Shown piece by piece: positions 10,467 to 19,984 of a stretch of DNA of 64,000 nucleotides (the first letter of the stretch is position 1; the number at the start of each line of letters is the position of its first letter). The stretch spans positions 15,695 to 79,694 of the forward strand of contig CAIWZS010000039.1 in assembly GCA_903917235.1 (NCBI GenBank), given 5' to 3'. The notes beneath the pieces were generated by a model. That model worked only from the letters and a program-made list of their open reading frames with translations. It searched no databases and was not told where the DNA came from. The position numbers and the translations under genes were made by a program. The stretch is from an uncultured Planctomycetaceae bacterium. Lineage in GTDB: Bacteria > Planctomycetota > Planctomycetia > Pirellulales > UBA1268.

Positions 10467-13001
10467 TCAGGCGTGGACGGCCTGCTTGGCCGGTCCGGGC
10501 AGCACGTGCGGGGCGGGCAGGGCGTCGCTGCCGGGCTCGATCACGACCCGCCGCCCCTCCCCCCGCGCGGCCTTCCGCCGCTCCTCGCGCTGCACGCTCC
10601 ACGCGAAGACGGCGCCGAGAGGCCCCGACAGCAGGGCCGGCAGGAAGACGAGGTTGCCGACGAGGGCGATCGTGAGCATCGACAGCATCATGTAGCCGAA
10701 GCGCTGCGTCGGTCCGAACGGGGAGAGCGAGAAGACCGAGAGACCGATGCCGATCACGCCCCAGCTCTGGTACATCGCCCGGGCGCAGCCCTTGTAGGCG
10801 AGCATGGTGGCCTGCCGGCGGTCGAGCCCGTCGGCGATGCCGCGGCGGAACCACAGCATGAAGTGGACGACGTCGTCCACCGTCACGCCGAGGGCCACGC
10901 TCGGCGCCATGACCGTGCCGATGTCGACGAGCAGCGAGCCGGTGCCGAGCGACTTGAGGATCGAGTTGCCCCAGCCCATCCCGCCGAAGACGAGGATCGC
11001 CGGAAACGCCGCCGGCAGCAGGAGCACGAAGCCCGCCGACACGGCCCGGCAGATGAGCATCATCACCGCGACGATGATGGCGAAGTCCCACACGAAGCCG
11101 ATGCGCAGGCCGTCGAGCAGCGAATGCTGGGCCTTGTACACGAGCGGTACGAGGCCGGTGTACTCGACATGCACGCCCTCGATGCCGTCGCCGTCGAGCC
11201 TGGCGAGGATCGGGTCGATGCGCTTCCGCAGGTCCGACTTGAAGAGCGCATAGTCGACCTCCTGCACCGCACTCACCCGGGCACTGATGCGCCAGAGCTC
11301 CTCCGACCGCAGGCCGTCCTCCGCCTCGCTCGTCGCCTCGCGCAGATAATCACCGTCGAGGAACTCGTCGCGGTGGGCGACGAGCCGACGATTGAGCACG
11401 CTGCGCTTCGTGCGGGCTCCGAGGCCGATGGCCCGGGCCGCCGCGCCGCCGAGTCCGTTGCCCGCCTCGCCTACGTCGAGGCTGCGGCCGAAGGTCACCG
11501 TGGACAGCGAGCTGCCGACCTCCTCGAGCCCGACGATCTCGTCCTGGATCTCGCCGACGAGCTCCATCCGTTCGAGGAAGTTGAGCGGGCACGTGTCGTC
11601 GATCCGCACGAGGATCTCCATCGGCACGAGCGGCCCGAGGTGGGCCTCGAGCCACTTGTAGTCCTGCCGGATCCGCGCCTTCGGCGAGAAGAGCCGCATC
11701 AGCTGCACGCTCGTCTCCACGCGGGTCATGCCGTAGCCGATGCCCGCCATGACGAGCACGCATCCGACCGTCGCGAGCGCGTGGTGCTCGGTGACCCACT
11801 GCCCGACCTTCCACCACGGGCTCGATTCGATGGGCCTCCACGCATCGGCCCCCTTGCCGTCGGCGGTGACGCCGATGCGGAGACGGGGCGGGAAGAGCTC
11901 GAGCGCCGCCGGCATGAGCGTCACGAGGATCAGGAAGCTCACCACGACCCCGATGGCGGAGAAGATGCCGAACATCTTGATCGGGACGAGTTCACTCACC
12001 GCCAGCGTCGCGAGGCCGACGGCCGTCGTGCCCGTCGCGAGCGAGAGCGGCAGGAGCGCGTGATGGAGCGCCCGTCCGGCGGCCCCGTCCTGCATGCCGG
12101 TCTCCGCGATCTGGTCGCGGTAGTAGTTGGCCAGGTGGATCGCCCCCGAAGTCGTCGCCACGTAGACGAGCGAGGGCATCGTGAGCAGGATCGCATCCAC
12201 GGGATAGCCCGAGTACCACACGACCGCGAGGCTTGCGAACATGCTGTACACGCCCGACGCGAGCACCAGGCCGACGAGCGTCGCGTTGCGGAGACTGAAC
12301 CAGCTGACGATGCAGCCGACGACGAGCGAGAGGCCGAAGAGCACCGTGACGCTCGTCTGCCCGGCCTTGTCGATCGAGACGTTGTCGACGGGAGGGCCGC
12401 CCATGTGGAGGGTGGCCTCGGGGATTCCGCATTCCTGCACGGCGACGTCGCGGATCGTGTCGATCGCCCCATGCAGGTTGGCCCGGGCGACGTCGGCGAG
12501 CGTGAGCACGAGGCAGGTCTGCCGCGAACCGATCGCGTCCTCGGGCGACCCCGGCACGACCCCCGGGGGAGGCGGCCCGATGAGCGCCCCCGTCAGCCGA
12601 CCGACGGCCTCGACCGGGTCGAGGTTGAGAGGCTCCCGCGCCATCCGTTCGACCGCCCGGGGGCCCGTCTGGGCCGTCTTGAAGTAGAGCGCGCGGTCGA
12701 TCCGCGACGCCTCCTCGGGGGGCGGTATCAGCTTGCGGGCCAGGAGTTCCAGGCGGGGGTCGGCCATGGTGCAGCCGTCCCAGCTCACGAGAACGAACTC
12801 CTCCCCCTGGAAATGCCGCCGGAAGAACCCGTAGGCACGGGTTTCCGGGTACTCCATGGGCAGCCAGCCCTTTACGTCGTTCCGGTTGTTCGACTTCGCC
12901 TTGATGCCCCCCACGAGCACCAGCGGCAGCAGGAACACCAGCACCGCCATGATGGCGACGCTGAAACGCTGGTAGAAGTTGCGGTGGGGGTGCGGCATCA
13001 C
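10467..13001 (-). CDS. RND-superfamily exporter (MMPL/HpnN-like)
   Basis: 844 aa. It has two blocks of about 6 TM helices, each preceded by a large loop. The N-terminus (YQRFSVAIMAVLVFLLPLVLVG) is typical of MMPL-type RND proteins. Confidence 0.85.
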   Translation of the reverse strand: MMPHPHRNFYQRFSVAIMAVLVFLLPLVLVGGIKAKSNNRNDVKGWLPMEYPETRAYGFFRRHFQGEEFVLVSWDGCTMADPRLELLARKLIPPPEEASRIDRALYFKTAQTGPRAVERMAREPLNLDPVEAVGRLTGALIGPPPPGVVPGSPEDAIGSRQTCLVLTLADVARANLHGAIDTIRDVAVQECGIPEATLHMGGPPVDNVSIDKAGQTSVTVLFGLSLVVGCIVSWFSLRNATLVGLVLASGVYSMFASLAVVWYSGYPVDAILLTMPSLVYVATTSGAIHLANYYRDQIAETGMQDGAAGRALHHALLPLSLATGTTAVGLATLAVSELVPIKMFGIFSAIGVVVSFLILVTLMPAALELFPPRLRIGVTADGKGADAWRPIESSPWWKVGQWVTEHHALATVGCVLVMAGIGYGMTRVETSVQLMRLFSPKARIRQDYKWLEAHLGPLVPMEILVRIDDTCPLNFLERMELVGEIQDEIVGLEEVGSSLSTVTFGRSLDVGEAGNGLGGAAARAIGLGARTKRSVLNRRLVAHRDEFLDGDYLREATSEAEDGLRSEELWRISARVSAVQEVDYALFKSDLRKRIDPILARLDGDGIEGVHVEYTGLVPLVYKAQHSLLDGLRIGFVWDFAIIVAVMMLICRAVSAGFVLLLPAAFPAILVFGGMGWGNSILKSLGTGSLLVDIGTVMAPSVALGVTVDDVVHFMLWFRRGIADGLDRRQATMLAYKGCARAMYQSWGVIGIGLSVFSLSPFGPTQRFGYMMLSMLTIALVGNLVFLPALLSGPLGAVFAWSVQREERRKAARGEGRRVVIEPGSDALPAPHVLPGPAKQAVHA

Positions 13002-13246
13002 GGGCGGCGGCTGCGACGACGGGTGCCGGAAGCCCGTGCTCCCGACCGATTGCGATCAACCCTACAGGTAGCCACCGGTCGCGTCCATATCGTTCGCCCC
13101 TCCGGAGAGGCCATTTTTCGGCCCTCTGGACGCTGCATCTGGCGTCCGCGGAAGACTTTCCGTCGACGGCACAGCCGGATGTCCGCCAGCATGGCAGGGA
13201 TCGAATCGGGTCGATCCGGCCGCTGGTCGAGCGGACCACGGATGGA

Positions 13247-13549
13247 TCAGCTGCCGGCTGGCTCGGCGGGGGCGACCTCCGCGGCCTGAAAGCCCGCCTC
13301 GCGGTGCGACCCGTCGCAGAACGGGCGGGTCCGACTCCTCCCACAGCGGCACAACGCGACCGCTTTTTTGTGGGTCGGGAGCGGGAACGTGCCACCGAGG
13401 TGGTCCGTCACACGGACGACGCAGCCCGCTGCTGCCTGCATTTCGATCACGAACGGGCCGTCCTCGCGGCAGCGGATCACGATCTCACCGCAAGGGGAAT
13501 CTGGCGATGCACCCGAACGAACCTCGTCCGGCACCCCATCCGGGGTCAC
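13247..13549 (-). CDS. CDGSH iron-sulfur domain protein
   Basis: Canonical CxCx2(S/T)x3PxCDG(S/A/T)H motif present (ALCRCGRSRTRPFCDGSH). I chose the start at GTG 13549 because it makes a GTGA overlap with the upstream stop. Alternative GTG starts are at 13534 and 13480. Confidence 0.75.
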   Translation of the reverse strand: MTPDGVPDEVRSGASPDSPCGEIVIRCREDGPFVIEMQAAAGCVVRVTDHLGGTFPLPTHKKAVALCRCGRSRTRPFCDGSHREAGFQAAEVAPAEPAGS

Positions 13550-13968
13550 AGCGGCATCCGTCCCGCGGGCTGGGGTGGCCCGATCGCCGACTCGGGCACG
13601 GGCACGAAGACTTCCGAGCCGCCCTCGACGTCCGTGATCTCGACGCGGTCGCCCTCGGATGGCTCGGCTCCGGCACTGCGGGCCGACCACGTCCGGAACC
13701 CGCCCGTGGGCGCGGGGGCCGCGAGGAGGCCCAGGGGCGCGACCGCCGCAGGGTCGTTGCCCGCAGTCGTCGGGAACTCGGGCCTCAGAAGGGTGTCGGC
13801 GAGAATCGCGACACCGACCCCGGCCATCAGGGAGCCGAGGAACGTCGGCCAGAGCAGCCGACGGGGAAACGCCTCGACCGCCCGCCGATCCGCGGCGATC
13901 ACGGCTGACCCGTTCCCGGCACTGCTGCCGGCCACGCCACCCGTTCGGGAAATCTGTTCCAGTTCCAT
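13546..13968 (-). CDS. hypothetical single-pass membrane protein
   Basis: Track ORF trimmed to the ATG at 13968 (MELEQISRTGG...). It has one TM segment (LLWPTFLGSLMAGVGVAILADTLL). No family recognised. Confidence 0.5.
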   Translation of the reverse strand: MELEQISRTGGVAGSSAGNGSAVIAADRRAVEAFPRRLLWPTFLGSLMAGVGVAILADTLLRPEFPTTAGNDPAAVAPLGLLAAPAPTGGFRTWSARSAGAEPSEGDRVEITDVEGGSEVFVPVPESAIGPPQPAGRMPL

Positions 13969-13999
13969 CTCCCTATCGTCCCGAATCCGCCCCGGCGCG

Positions 14000-15091
14000 T
14001 CAAAGTGGCGACCGAACCCCCTCACGAGATGGGGCCTGCGTGGCCTCTGGAGGCCGGGGAGGCTGCCTGAGCACCCACCACCAGAGCAGGCCTGCGGCTG
14101 CCAGGAGCCCGAGCGAGATCAGCTGGGAGATCGAGAGGGGCGTTCCCAGGGCGGGTGGCTCGTCCACGCGGATCGCCTCGAGGAGCATCCGTGCGACCGG
14201 ATGGATCGTGAGCACCAGGGCGAACACGGCCCCTTCTCGACGGGCGACCGGCGTGAAGAGCACCGCCAGAATCGCCAGAAACCCGGCATCTAGGGCGGCG
14301 TAGAGCTGGGCGGGGTGCACCGGCAGGCTCCAGGGCGCATCCGCCTCTGCGGAGGCCGGTGGCAGCATGCCCCGGGCCATCTGGTCGAACCATGGCGGGC
14401 TCTCTGGAGGGAACCGTACCGCCCATGGCAGGTCGCACGGTCCTCCGTAACAGCAGCCGTTGAGGAAGCAGCCCACCCGGCCGAGCGCGAGGCCGACGAG
14501 CAGCCCCGGCGCGATGCAGTCGGCGAGCCGCAGGATCGAGAGCCCCCTCCGGCGGGCGAACCACCAGGCGGCGAGGCCGGCGGTGGGCAGCGCGCCGAAC
14601 ACGACGAGGCCGCCTGCGGCGACGTTGAGCACCGCGCGCAGTCCCTCCGTCCAGCCGCGGCCGGGAGGGAAGAACTGCTCGCGGTATTCGATCACGTAGA
14701 GGAGCCTGGCGCCGACGAGGCCCCACAGAAACACCTCCATGCCGAGCGCGAGGATCGTGTCGGCGTCGAAGCCGGCGCGGCGACCACGCACGATCGACAG
14801 CCAGGTGCCGGCGGCTGCAGCCGCGAGAAGCATGACTCCATAGCCTCGCACCGGTACGCCCGCGCCGTCATCGAGCGCCGGCAGCCCCCACACGATCATC
14901 CCGCCGGTGACCGCGAGGGGCAGTCCGAGCGCGGCCACGGCCGACCGCACACCATGCCGCACCGCATGCCACACGAGGAGGCCGAGTCCGACGACGCACC
15001 ACGCCGCGAACAGCAGGCCGACACCGAAGAGCGGTACGGTCCAGTCGCCGAGCGATACGGTCACGGGGACGTGGAAGAGCGTCGATCGCAT
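14000..15091 (-). CDS. lgt: prolipoprotein diacylglyceryl transferase
   Basis: Track ORF 14000..15637 trimmed to the ATG at 15091 (MRSTLFHVP...). Lgt signature present (GRVGCFLNGCCYG...HPAQLY). Its ATG shares its A with the panC TGA. Confidence 0.88.
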   Translation of the reverse strand: MRSTLFHVPVTVSLGDWTVPLFGVGLLFAAWCVVGLGLLVWHAVRHGVRSAVAALGLPLAVTGGMIVWGLPALDDGAGVPVRGYGVMLLAAAAAGTWLSIVRGRRAGFDADTILALGMEVFLWGLVGARLLYVIEYREQFFPPGRGWTEGLRAVLNVAAGGLVVFGALPTAGLAAWWFARRRGLSILRLADCIAPGLLVGLALGRVGCFLNGCCYGGPCDLPWAVRFPPESPPWFDQMARGMLPPASAEADAPWSLPVHPAQLYAALDAGFLAILAVLFTPVARREGAVFALVLTIHPVARMLLEAIRVDEPPALGTPLSISQLISLGLLAAAGLLWWWVLRQPPRPPEATQAPSREGVRSPL

Positions 15092-16026
15092 CAGCCCGCA
15101 CCGCTTCGGGGACGCAGCGGCATGGTGTCGATGAGTCTCGTCACCCCGACCCGACCGGCGACGAGCGCCACCGCCGGCCGCGCGGCGATCGGCGGCTCCA
15201 GCGACTCGGCGTCGACGACCGCCGCATAGTCGATGACCACCCCACGGTGCTCGAGCAGCTTCCGCATCGCCGCCTCGATCACCGGGCACGCGGCCCCCGC
15301 CTCCCACATCGTCGTGGCCACCCGCAGGCTTTCGACGAGGGCCGTCGCGCGGCCGCGCTCGTCGGACGACAGGTAGGCGTTGCGCGAACTCAGCGCCAGT
15401 CCGTCCGGCTCCCGCACCGTCGGACAGATGCGCAGCTCGACCGGCAGGCCGAGGTCGCGGACCATGCGATCGATCACGCGGGTCTGCTGCCAGTCCTTGG
15501 CCCCGAAGTAGGCGACGTCGGCGGGCACGGCGTGCAGCAACCGGCAGACGACCGTGGCCACCCCGACGAAGTGGCCCGGACGAAGGTCTCCCTCGAAGCC
15601 GTGCGCGGGGCCATCCACGACGACCCGCGTCGCACATCCCGCGGGGTAGATGGCGGCCACCTCCGGCACGAACGTCCAGCGGGCGCCCGCGGCCTCGAGG
15701 ATGGCGATGTCGGCGGCGAGCGGCCGGGGATACCGGGCGAAGTCCTCACCCGGACCGAATTGGGTCGGGTTGACGAAGATCGAGACGGCGACGTCGTCGC
15801 AGTCCGCGCGGGCGGCGGCCACGAGGCTGACGTGGCCGCGGTGCAGCGCTCCCATCGTGGGGACGAATCCGACGCGCCGCCCGGCCGCCCGCGCGGCGGT
15901 CACCACGCCCCGCATCGCGACCGGATCGTGGATCAGCCGGGACGTGGCGCCCGTTCGGTCGGCGGCATGATCCGCCGCGGGTCCGGCGCCGGCGCGCCCG
16001 CTTCCATCCTCGGACGGCGTGGCCAT
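15091..16026 (-). CDS. panC: pantoate--beta-alanine ligase
   Basis: This is the C-terminal 311 aa of track ORF 15091..17382, starting at ATG 16026 (MATPSEDG...). Motifs PTMGALHRGHVSL, FVNPTQFGPGEDF and SSRN are present. It makes an ATGA overlap with the folK stop. Confidence 0.9.
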   Translation of the reverse strand: MATPSEDGSGRAGAGPAADHAADRTGATSRLIHDPVAMRGVVTAARAAGRRVGFVPTMGALHRGHVSLVAAARADCDDVAVSIFVNPTQFGPGEDFARYPRPLAADIAILEAAGARWTFVPEVAAIYPAGCATRVVVDGPAHGFEGDLRPGHFVGVATVVCRLLHAVPADVAYFGAKDWQQTRVIDRMVRDLGLPVELRICPTVREPDGLALSSRNAYLSSDERGRATALVESLRVATTMWEAGAACPVIEAAMRKLLEHRGVVIDYAAVVDAESLEPPIAARPAVALVAGRVGVTRLIDTMPLRPRSGAG

Positions 16027-17123
16027 CAAAGCATCGCCTCGACGGCGGCGATCGCCTCGTCGGTCGCACGCGACAGGTCGTCGGCGGCGATCGTCACGAC
16101 CGCACGGGGCGCCGGTGTGAAACGGTCCCCCGGATCGCGCAGCCTGCAGGCGAGTCGTTCCTGGAGACGTACGAGCGGCGCGACGGCGTCGGCCGGCACG
16201 ACGCAGGCGCCGCGCAGGACGCCGACATCGGAGAAGACGTCGGTCTGCGCGGCACGGCGCGACTGGAACGTCATCCGCTCGGCGAGCGTGTCGGCCTCGA
16301 CCACAAGCAGGATGATCGCGTGCGGCACGACGGCGGCGGCGGCGAGCGGCGCGAATCCCTCGTCGAATCGGCGGCGTTCCGCGGCGGGCAGTCCCTCGGC
16401 AGCCACGCCGATCGTGCCGATCCAGTGATCCGTGATCGCCACGCCGCAGTCGTCGGCCCCCTCGTCGCGTCGCGCCTGGCGCGGGGCCGTGGCCCGCGCC
16501 CATCGCTCCGCCACCTCGAGCCACGTCGCGACGTCGTCCGTCTCGAGCGGCGCCGGCCGCGGCGCGGGAATCAGGCGGGCCATCGTCGCATCGGCGACGG
16601 CCGTCGCGACCTCCGACGCACCGCTTCCCGGCACGCCCACCATCGAGACGAGCGGACACGGCGCGGAGATGGTCCCGAGCAGGTCTCGCAGGCTGCACCC
16701 GGCGGTCGGATGAGGCAGGTCGGGGGCGATCTCGACGGATGGCTCGAGCACGAAGCGCCGGGTGGCCATCCGTGGATGCGGCACGGTGAGGGCCTCGGTC
16801 TCGAGGACCAGCTCGTCGTAGAGGAGCAGATCGAGGTCGATCGTGCGGGCCGACCAGCGCTCCTGACGGTCGCGGGCGAGCGTGTTCTCCACCGCGGCGA
16901 GCATGCCGAGCACGTCGTGGGGATCGAGTTCCGTCTCGATCAGGCAGGCGCCGTTGAGGAACGGCGGCTGCCCGGGCGGACCGCCGATCGGACGCGTCTC
17001 GCGGTAGGCACTCACCGCCTGCACGGTCACGCCCGGCATGAATCGCAGCAGTTCGATCGCGCGATCGAGCTGCTCGCGGCGACTGCCGAGGTTCGAGCCG
17101 CACCCGATGAGGCATCGTGCCAT
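16026..17123 (-). CDS. folK: HPPK (2-amino-4-hydroxy-6-hydroxymethyldihydropteridine diphosphokinase) fused to a degenerate P-loop kinase-like domain
   Basis: The N-terminal 160 aa are classical HPPK (GCGSNLG...ETRPIGGPPGQPPFLNGA...RTIDLDLLLY...VPHPRM..RRFVL). The C-terminal 200 aa begin VSMVGVPGSGASEVA, a Walker-A-like motif with Ala in place of Lys. Confidence 0.88.
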   Translation of the reverse strand: MARCLIGCGSNLGSRREQLDRAIELLRFMPGVTVQAVSAYRETRPIGGPPGQPPFLNGACLIETELDPHDVLGMLAAVENTLARDRQERWSARTIDLDLLLYDELVLETEALTVPHPRMATRRFVLEPSVEIAPDLPHPTAGCSLRDLLGTISAPCPLVSMVGVPGSGASEVATAVADATMARLIPAPRPAPLETDDVATWLEVAERWARATAPRQARRDEGADDCGVAITDHWIGTIGVAAEGLPAAERRRFDEGFAPLAAAAVVPHAIILLVVEADTLAERMTFQSRRAAQTDVFSDVGVLRGACVVPADAVAPLVRLQERLACRLRDPGDRFTPAPRAVVTIAADDLSRATDEAIAAVEAML

Positions 17124-17757
17124 GGTCTTCCCCGCATCGTGACCGTCGGCATGGATGCCGATGGCGGAGGAATTCTACGGCTGGGCGGCCCGCTCCCGGC
17201 AAACCGGTCCGTCCGCGGATGGTCACCGTGTGAAACGCGGGGGGGACATCCAGGCCACGACCAAGGTCGTCGACAGTCGATCCCTCAAGTCGTCGCCCCC
17301 CGGGCTCACGTATGTCTTCGTCGCGTCTCCTCGCACCCTCACGCACACGTGGGTGCACACGTGGGTGCAAACCTCCGTGCAATCCTGGGCATTCGCTCGC
17401 GAATGTCGTCGGGGCTTGCGGGCGCCCTCATCGATCCCACGAAGCCGAATGCCTGTGCACCATGGATCCATCCCCCATGCACGCGGTCGAAGCCATCACA
17501 GCCTCGAGCGACGTGTGAGGGCTCATTCTGCGGAGCACGAGCATTCTGTCAAGGAATGCGCGGACTCCCTACCGCGTCTCCACGCATCGCGCGTCGAGAG
17601 CCCGACGAAAGCCGTGCCCGCTTGCAAAAAAATTCTTCTGCATGCTGTGCAAGCATTGTCGAATGAGCCCTCAGGCGGCGATGCTGTGCGTGCAAGGGCC
17701 GCACGGCCGTGTCACGATCGCAACGCCGCATCGCCTATCGCCCTGGGACCGAGCCAC

Positions 17758-18609
17758 GTGCCCCTGCCCGAGCCGCCTTCACCACGCGATCCCGACGACG
17801 ATGTCGATGCCCTGCCCGGCGCGACGCCGCGGATCGACGGCGAAACGGGCCTGGAAATCCCGTGCGACGCCGTCGATGCCGCGACGTCGGTCGCACCCGA
17901 GCAGGAAATCCCTTCCTACCGGGCGCTCTCGCGCACGCCGCTGACGAGCCTCGTCTTCACCCTGCCGCTCGTGCTGGCGTACGAGGGCGGCGTGCTCATG
18001 CTCGGCCGTGGAACACCGCGAAACGGGGCCGATGTCTGGCTGCGGCAGGCGCTCGACGCGCTCGGTTTCGGGGCGTATTTTCTGCTTCCGGCACTGACGG
18101 TCGTGGGCCTCCTCGCCTGGCACCACGTCGAGCACGATCGGTGGCACTTCAGCCCCGGGGTGCTCATGGGCATGGCGGGCGAGTCGACGCTCTGGGCCCT
18201 GCTGCTCGTGGCCCTCGCGCGGCTCCAGGAGCGGCTCTGGCCGCTCGACATGGGACCGGATGCGGCATTGGGAGCATGGGACTCGTTCGCCGCCCGTCTC
18301 GTGGGCTACTGCGGCGCAGGGCTCTACGAGGAGGTGCTGTTCCGGCTGCTCATGCTGCCGGCCGTGGCGTGGATGCTGCGGCGGCTCGGTTTTTCGGCAT
18401 CAGGCGCCGTCGCCGGCGCGATCGCGGTCACGAGCGGGATCTTCAGCCTCGCGCACTACGTGGGTCCGCTCGGAGACGCCTTCGACCCGTACAGCTTCAC
18501 GTTTCGCGTGATTGCCGGGGTATTCTTCGCGCTCATCTTCCTCGGGCGCGGCTTCGGCATCGCCGCGGGCACGCACGCGATCTACGACATGCTCGTCGGC
18601 TTGTCATGA
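17758..18609 (+). CDS. CPBP-family intramembrane glutamic endopeptidase (CAAX protease-like)
   Basis: CPBP motifs present: EEVLFR, FSLAH and HAIYD, with multiple TM helices. I chose the GTG at 17758. The ORF is open from 17155, but that region is His/Arg/Ser-rich and non-protein-like. The start is uncertain. Confidence 0.75.
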   Translation: MPLPEPPSPRDPDDDVDALPGATPRIDGETGLEIPCDAVDAATSVAPEQEIPSYRALSRTPLTSLVFTLPLVLAYEGGVLMLGRGTPRNGADVWLRQALDALGFGAYFLLPALTVVGLLAWHHVEHDRWHFSPGVLMGMAGESTLWALLLVALARLQERLWPLDMGPDAALGAWDSFAARLVGYCGAGLYEEVLFRLLMLPAVAWMLRRLGFSASGAVAGAIAVTSGIFSLAHYVGPLGDAFDPYSFTFRVIAGVFFALIFLGRGFGIAAGTHAIYDMLVGLS

Positions 18610-18778
18610 CCGCCGCCGGAACCGATCATGGTCCCCCGCGTCGGATCTCCCTATACTCGGCGACTGTCCGAGGTCTCCCGCGGGACATGCGGGGCGCCCG
18701 AACGAGGATATGACGATGGCCTGACGATGCGATCGCGAGGCGCGTGCCTCACGGTGGCCATGACGGAGGAGTCCGCTC

Positions 18779-19318
18779 GTGCTGTCGGTTCGCCCGCGGG
18801 CAGCTGAACTCGTCTTCCAGCTCTATGGGCGCGCCCTGCACCCCGAGCTGTTCGAGATTCGTGCGCGACGCACGATCGACCGTGGCAGTTATTCGGCGTC
18901 GGTGGCCATCACGACGGCGGGCCACCTGATCAGCTGGCGTCGTGACGGGCTGACCCTCACCGAGGTGGCCGCCGGCACGTCACAGCCACTGCCCCAGCGA
19001 CGGCGCCTCCTGTCCCACCGCCTCGGCGGTGAGCGCAGTGACCGGGTCGAGTGTCGCGGAGGACTGCGGTACCAGACGTGCTTCCAGCTCGAGACGCTCG
19101 ACCACGATCTCTTCTGGGGGTTTCAGCAGGAGCTCGTGGCACAGGCGGCTCGACGCGGCGTGGCCCATCGGTTCGAGGCGCCCGGCCGTCTCGACGTGGG
19201 AGCCTTCAGCTGGATCGACGTCGAGACGCGACCGCGCAGCCTGCTCGTGCAGACGTTCCATACGTTTCCCGATGACAGCGCGATCGTGAAGACCCAGTCG
19301 CTCTTCGAGATTTCCTGA
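18779..19318 (+). CDS. hypothetical protein (possibly DUF2617 family)
   Basis: 179 aa. GTG start with GGAGGAG 7 nt upstream. The composition is protein-like (LVFQLYGRALHPELFEI...). The family assignment is from memory only. Confidence 0.6.
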   Translation: MLSVRPRAAELVFQLYGRALHPELFEIRARRTIDRGSYSASVAITTAGHLISWRRDGLTLTEVAAGTSQPLPQRRRLLSHRLGGERSDRVECRGGLRYQTCFQLETLDHDLFWGFQQELVAQAARRGVAHRFEAPGRLDVGAFSWIDVETRPRSLLVQTFHTFPDDSAIVKTQSLFEIS

Positions 19319-19394
19319 CCCCGAGCCCCCGAGTTCCTTCGCGGGGTGCCGCGCGTCGCACCCGTCGTCTCGCCGGCTCGACATTCCCCGGACG

Positions 19395-19928
19395 GTGCCC
19401 GCCATGCCCGCCTCATCCCAGCCCGCGTCGGCTCCGCGTCCGCGACCGTCGGGGGACGCAGCCCGCCGCAGTCGGGTGCTCATCGCCGACGACAACGAGC
19501 CGAATCGGGAGCTTCTCGAGGCCTATCTCGCCGAGATCGACTGCGAGATCGCCACTGCGGTCGACGGTCGGGACACGCTCGAGAAGGTCGCCTCGTTCCG
19601 TCCCGACGTGATCCTGCTCGACGTGATGATGCCCCGGCTGTCGGGCTTCGAGGTGTGCCAGCAGCTCAAGGACGACCCCGCCACCAGCCCGATCATGATC
19701 CTCATGGTGACGGCCCTCGGCGAGCTCGGCGACATCGAGCGGGCCGTGGAGGCCGGCACGGACGACTTCCTGTCGAAGCCGGTTCACAAGACGGAGCTGC
19801 TCAAGCGCGTCGAGAACATGCTGAAGCTGCGTCACGTGAGCGACGAGCTCGAGCGGCTGCGGAGCTACATCAGCACGATGGACGACGACCAGCCCCCGCG
19901 GCAGTCCGGCGCGGGACGGGCCTCGTGA
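19395..19928 (+). CDS. single-domain response regulator (CheY-like receiver)
   Basis: RVLIADDNEPNRELL...DVILLDVMMPRLSGFEV...ILMVTA...DFLSKP shows the receiver Asp pocket, phospho-acceptor D and the conserved T/K. No output domain is present. Confidence 0.9.
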   Translation: MPAMPASSQPASAPRPRPSGDAARRSRVLIADDNEPNRELLEAYLAEIDCEIATAVDGRDTLEKVASFRPDVILLDVMMPRLSGFEVCQQLKDDPATSPIMILMVTALGELGDIERAVEAGTDDFLSKPVHKTELLKRVENMLKLRHVSDELERLRSYISTMDDDQPPRQSGAGRAS

Positions 19929-19984
19929 GCCGCTTCGGGCGGACGCGCATCGCGCGGCACGTCGACCAGGCAAGTACGAACGCC

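Noticed and set aside
9942-13289. 1115-aa plus-strand ORF
   Set aside because: It is antisense to the RND transporter gene. It has extreme Arg/Asp/Glu/His content and no domain signatures.
16027-17382. N-terminal 450 aa of the 763-aa ORF that contains panC
   Set aside because: It overlaps folK in another frame and is Arg/Gly/Asp-rich junk. PanC homology begins only after the ATG at 16026.
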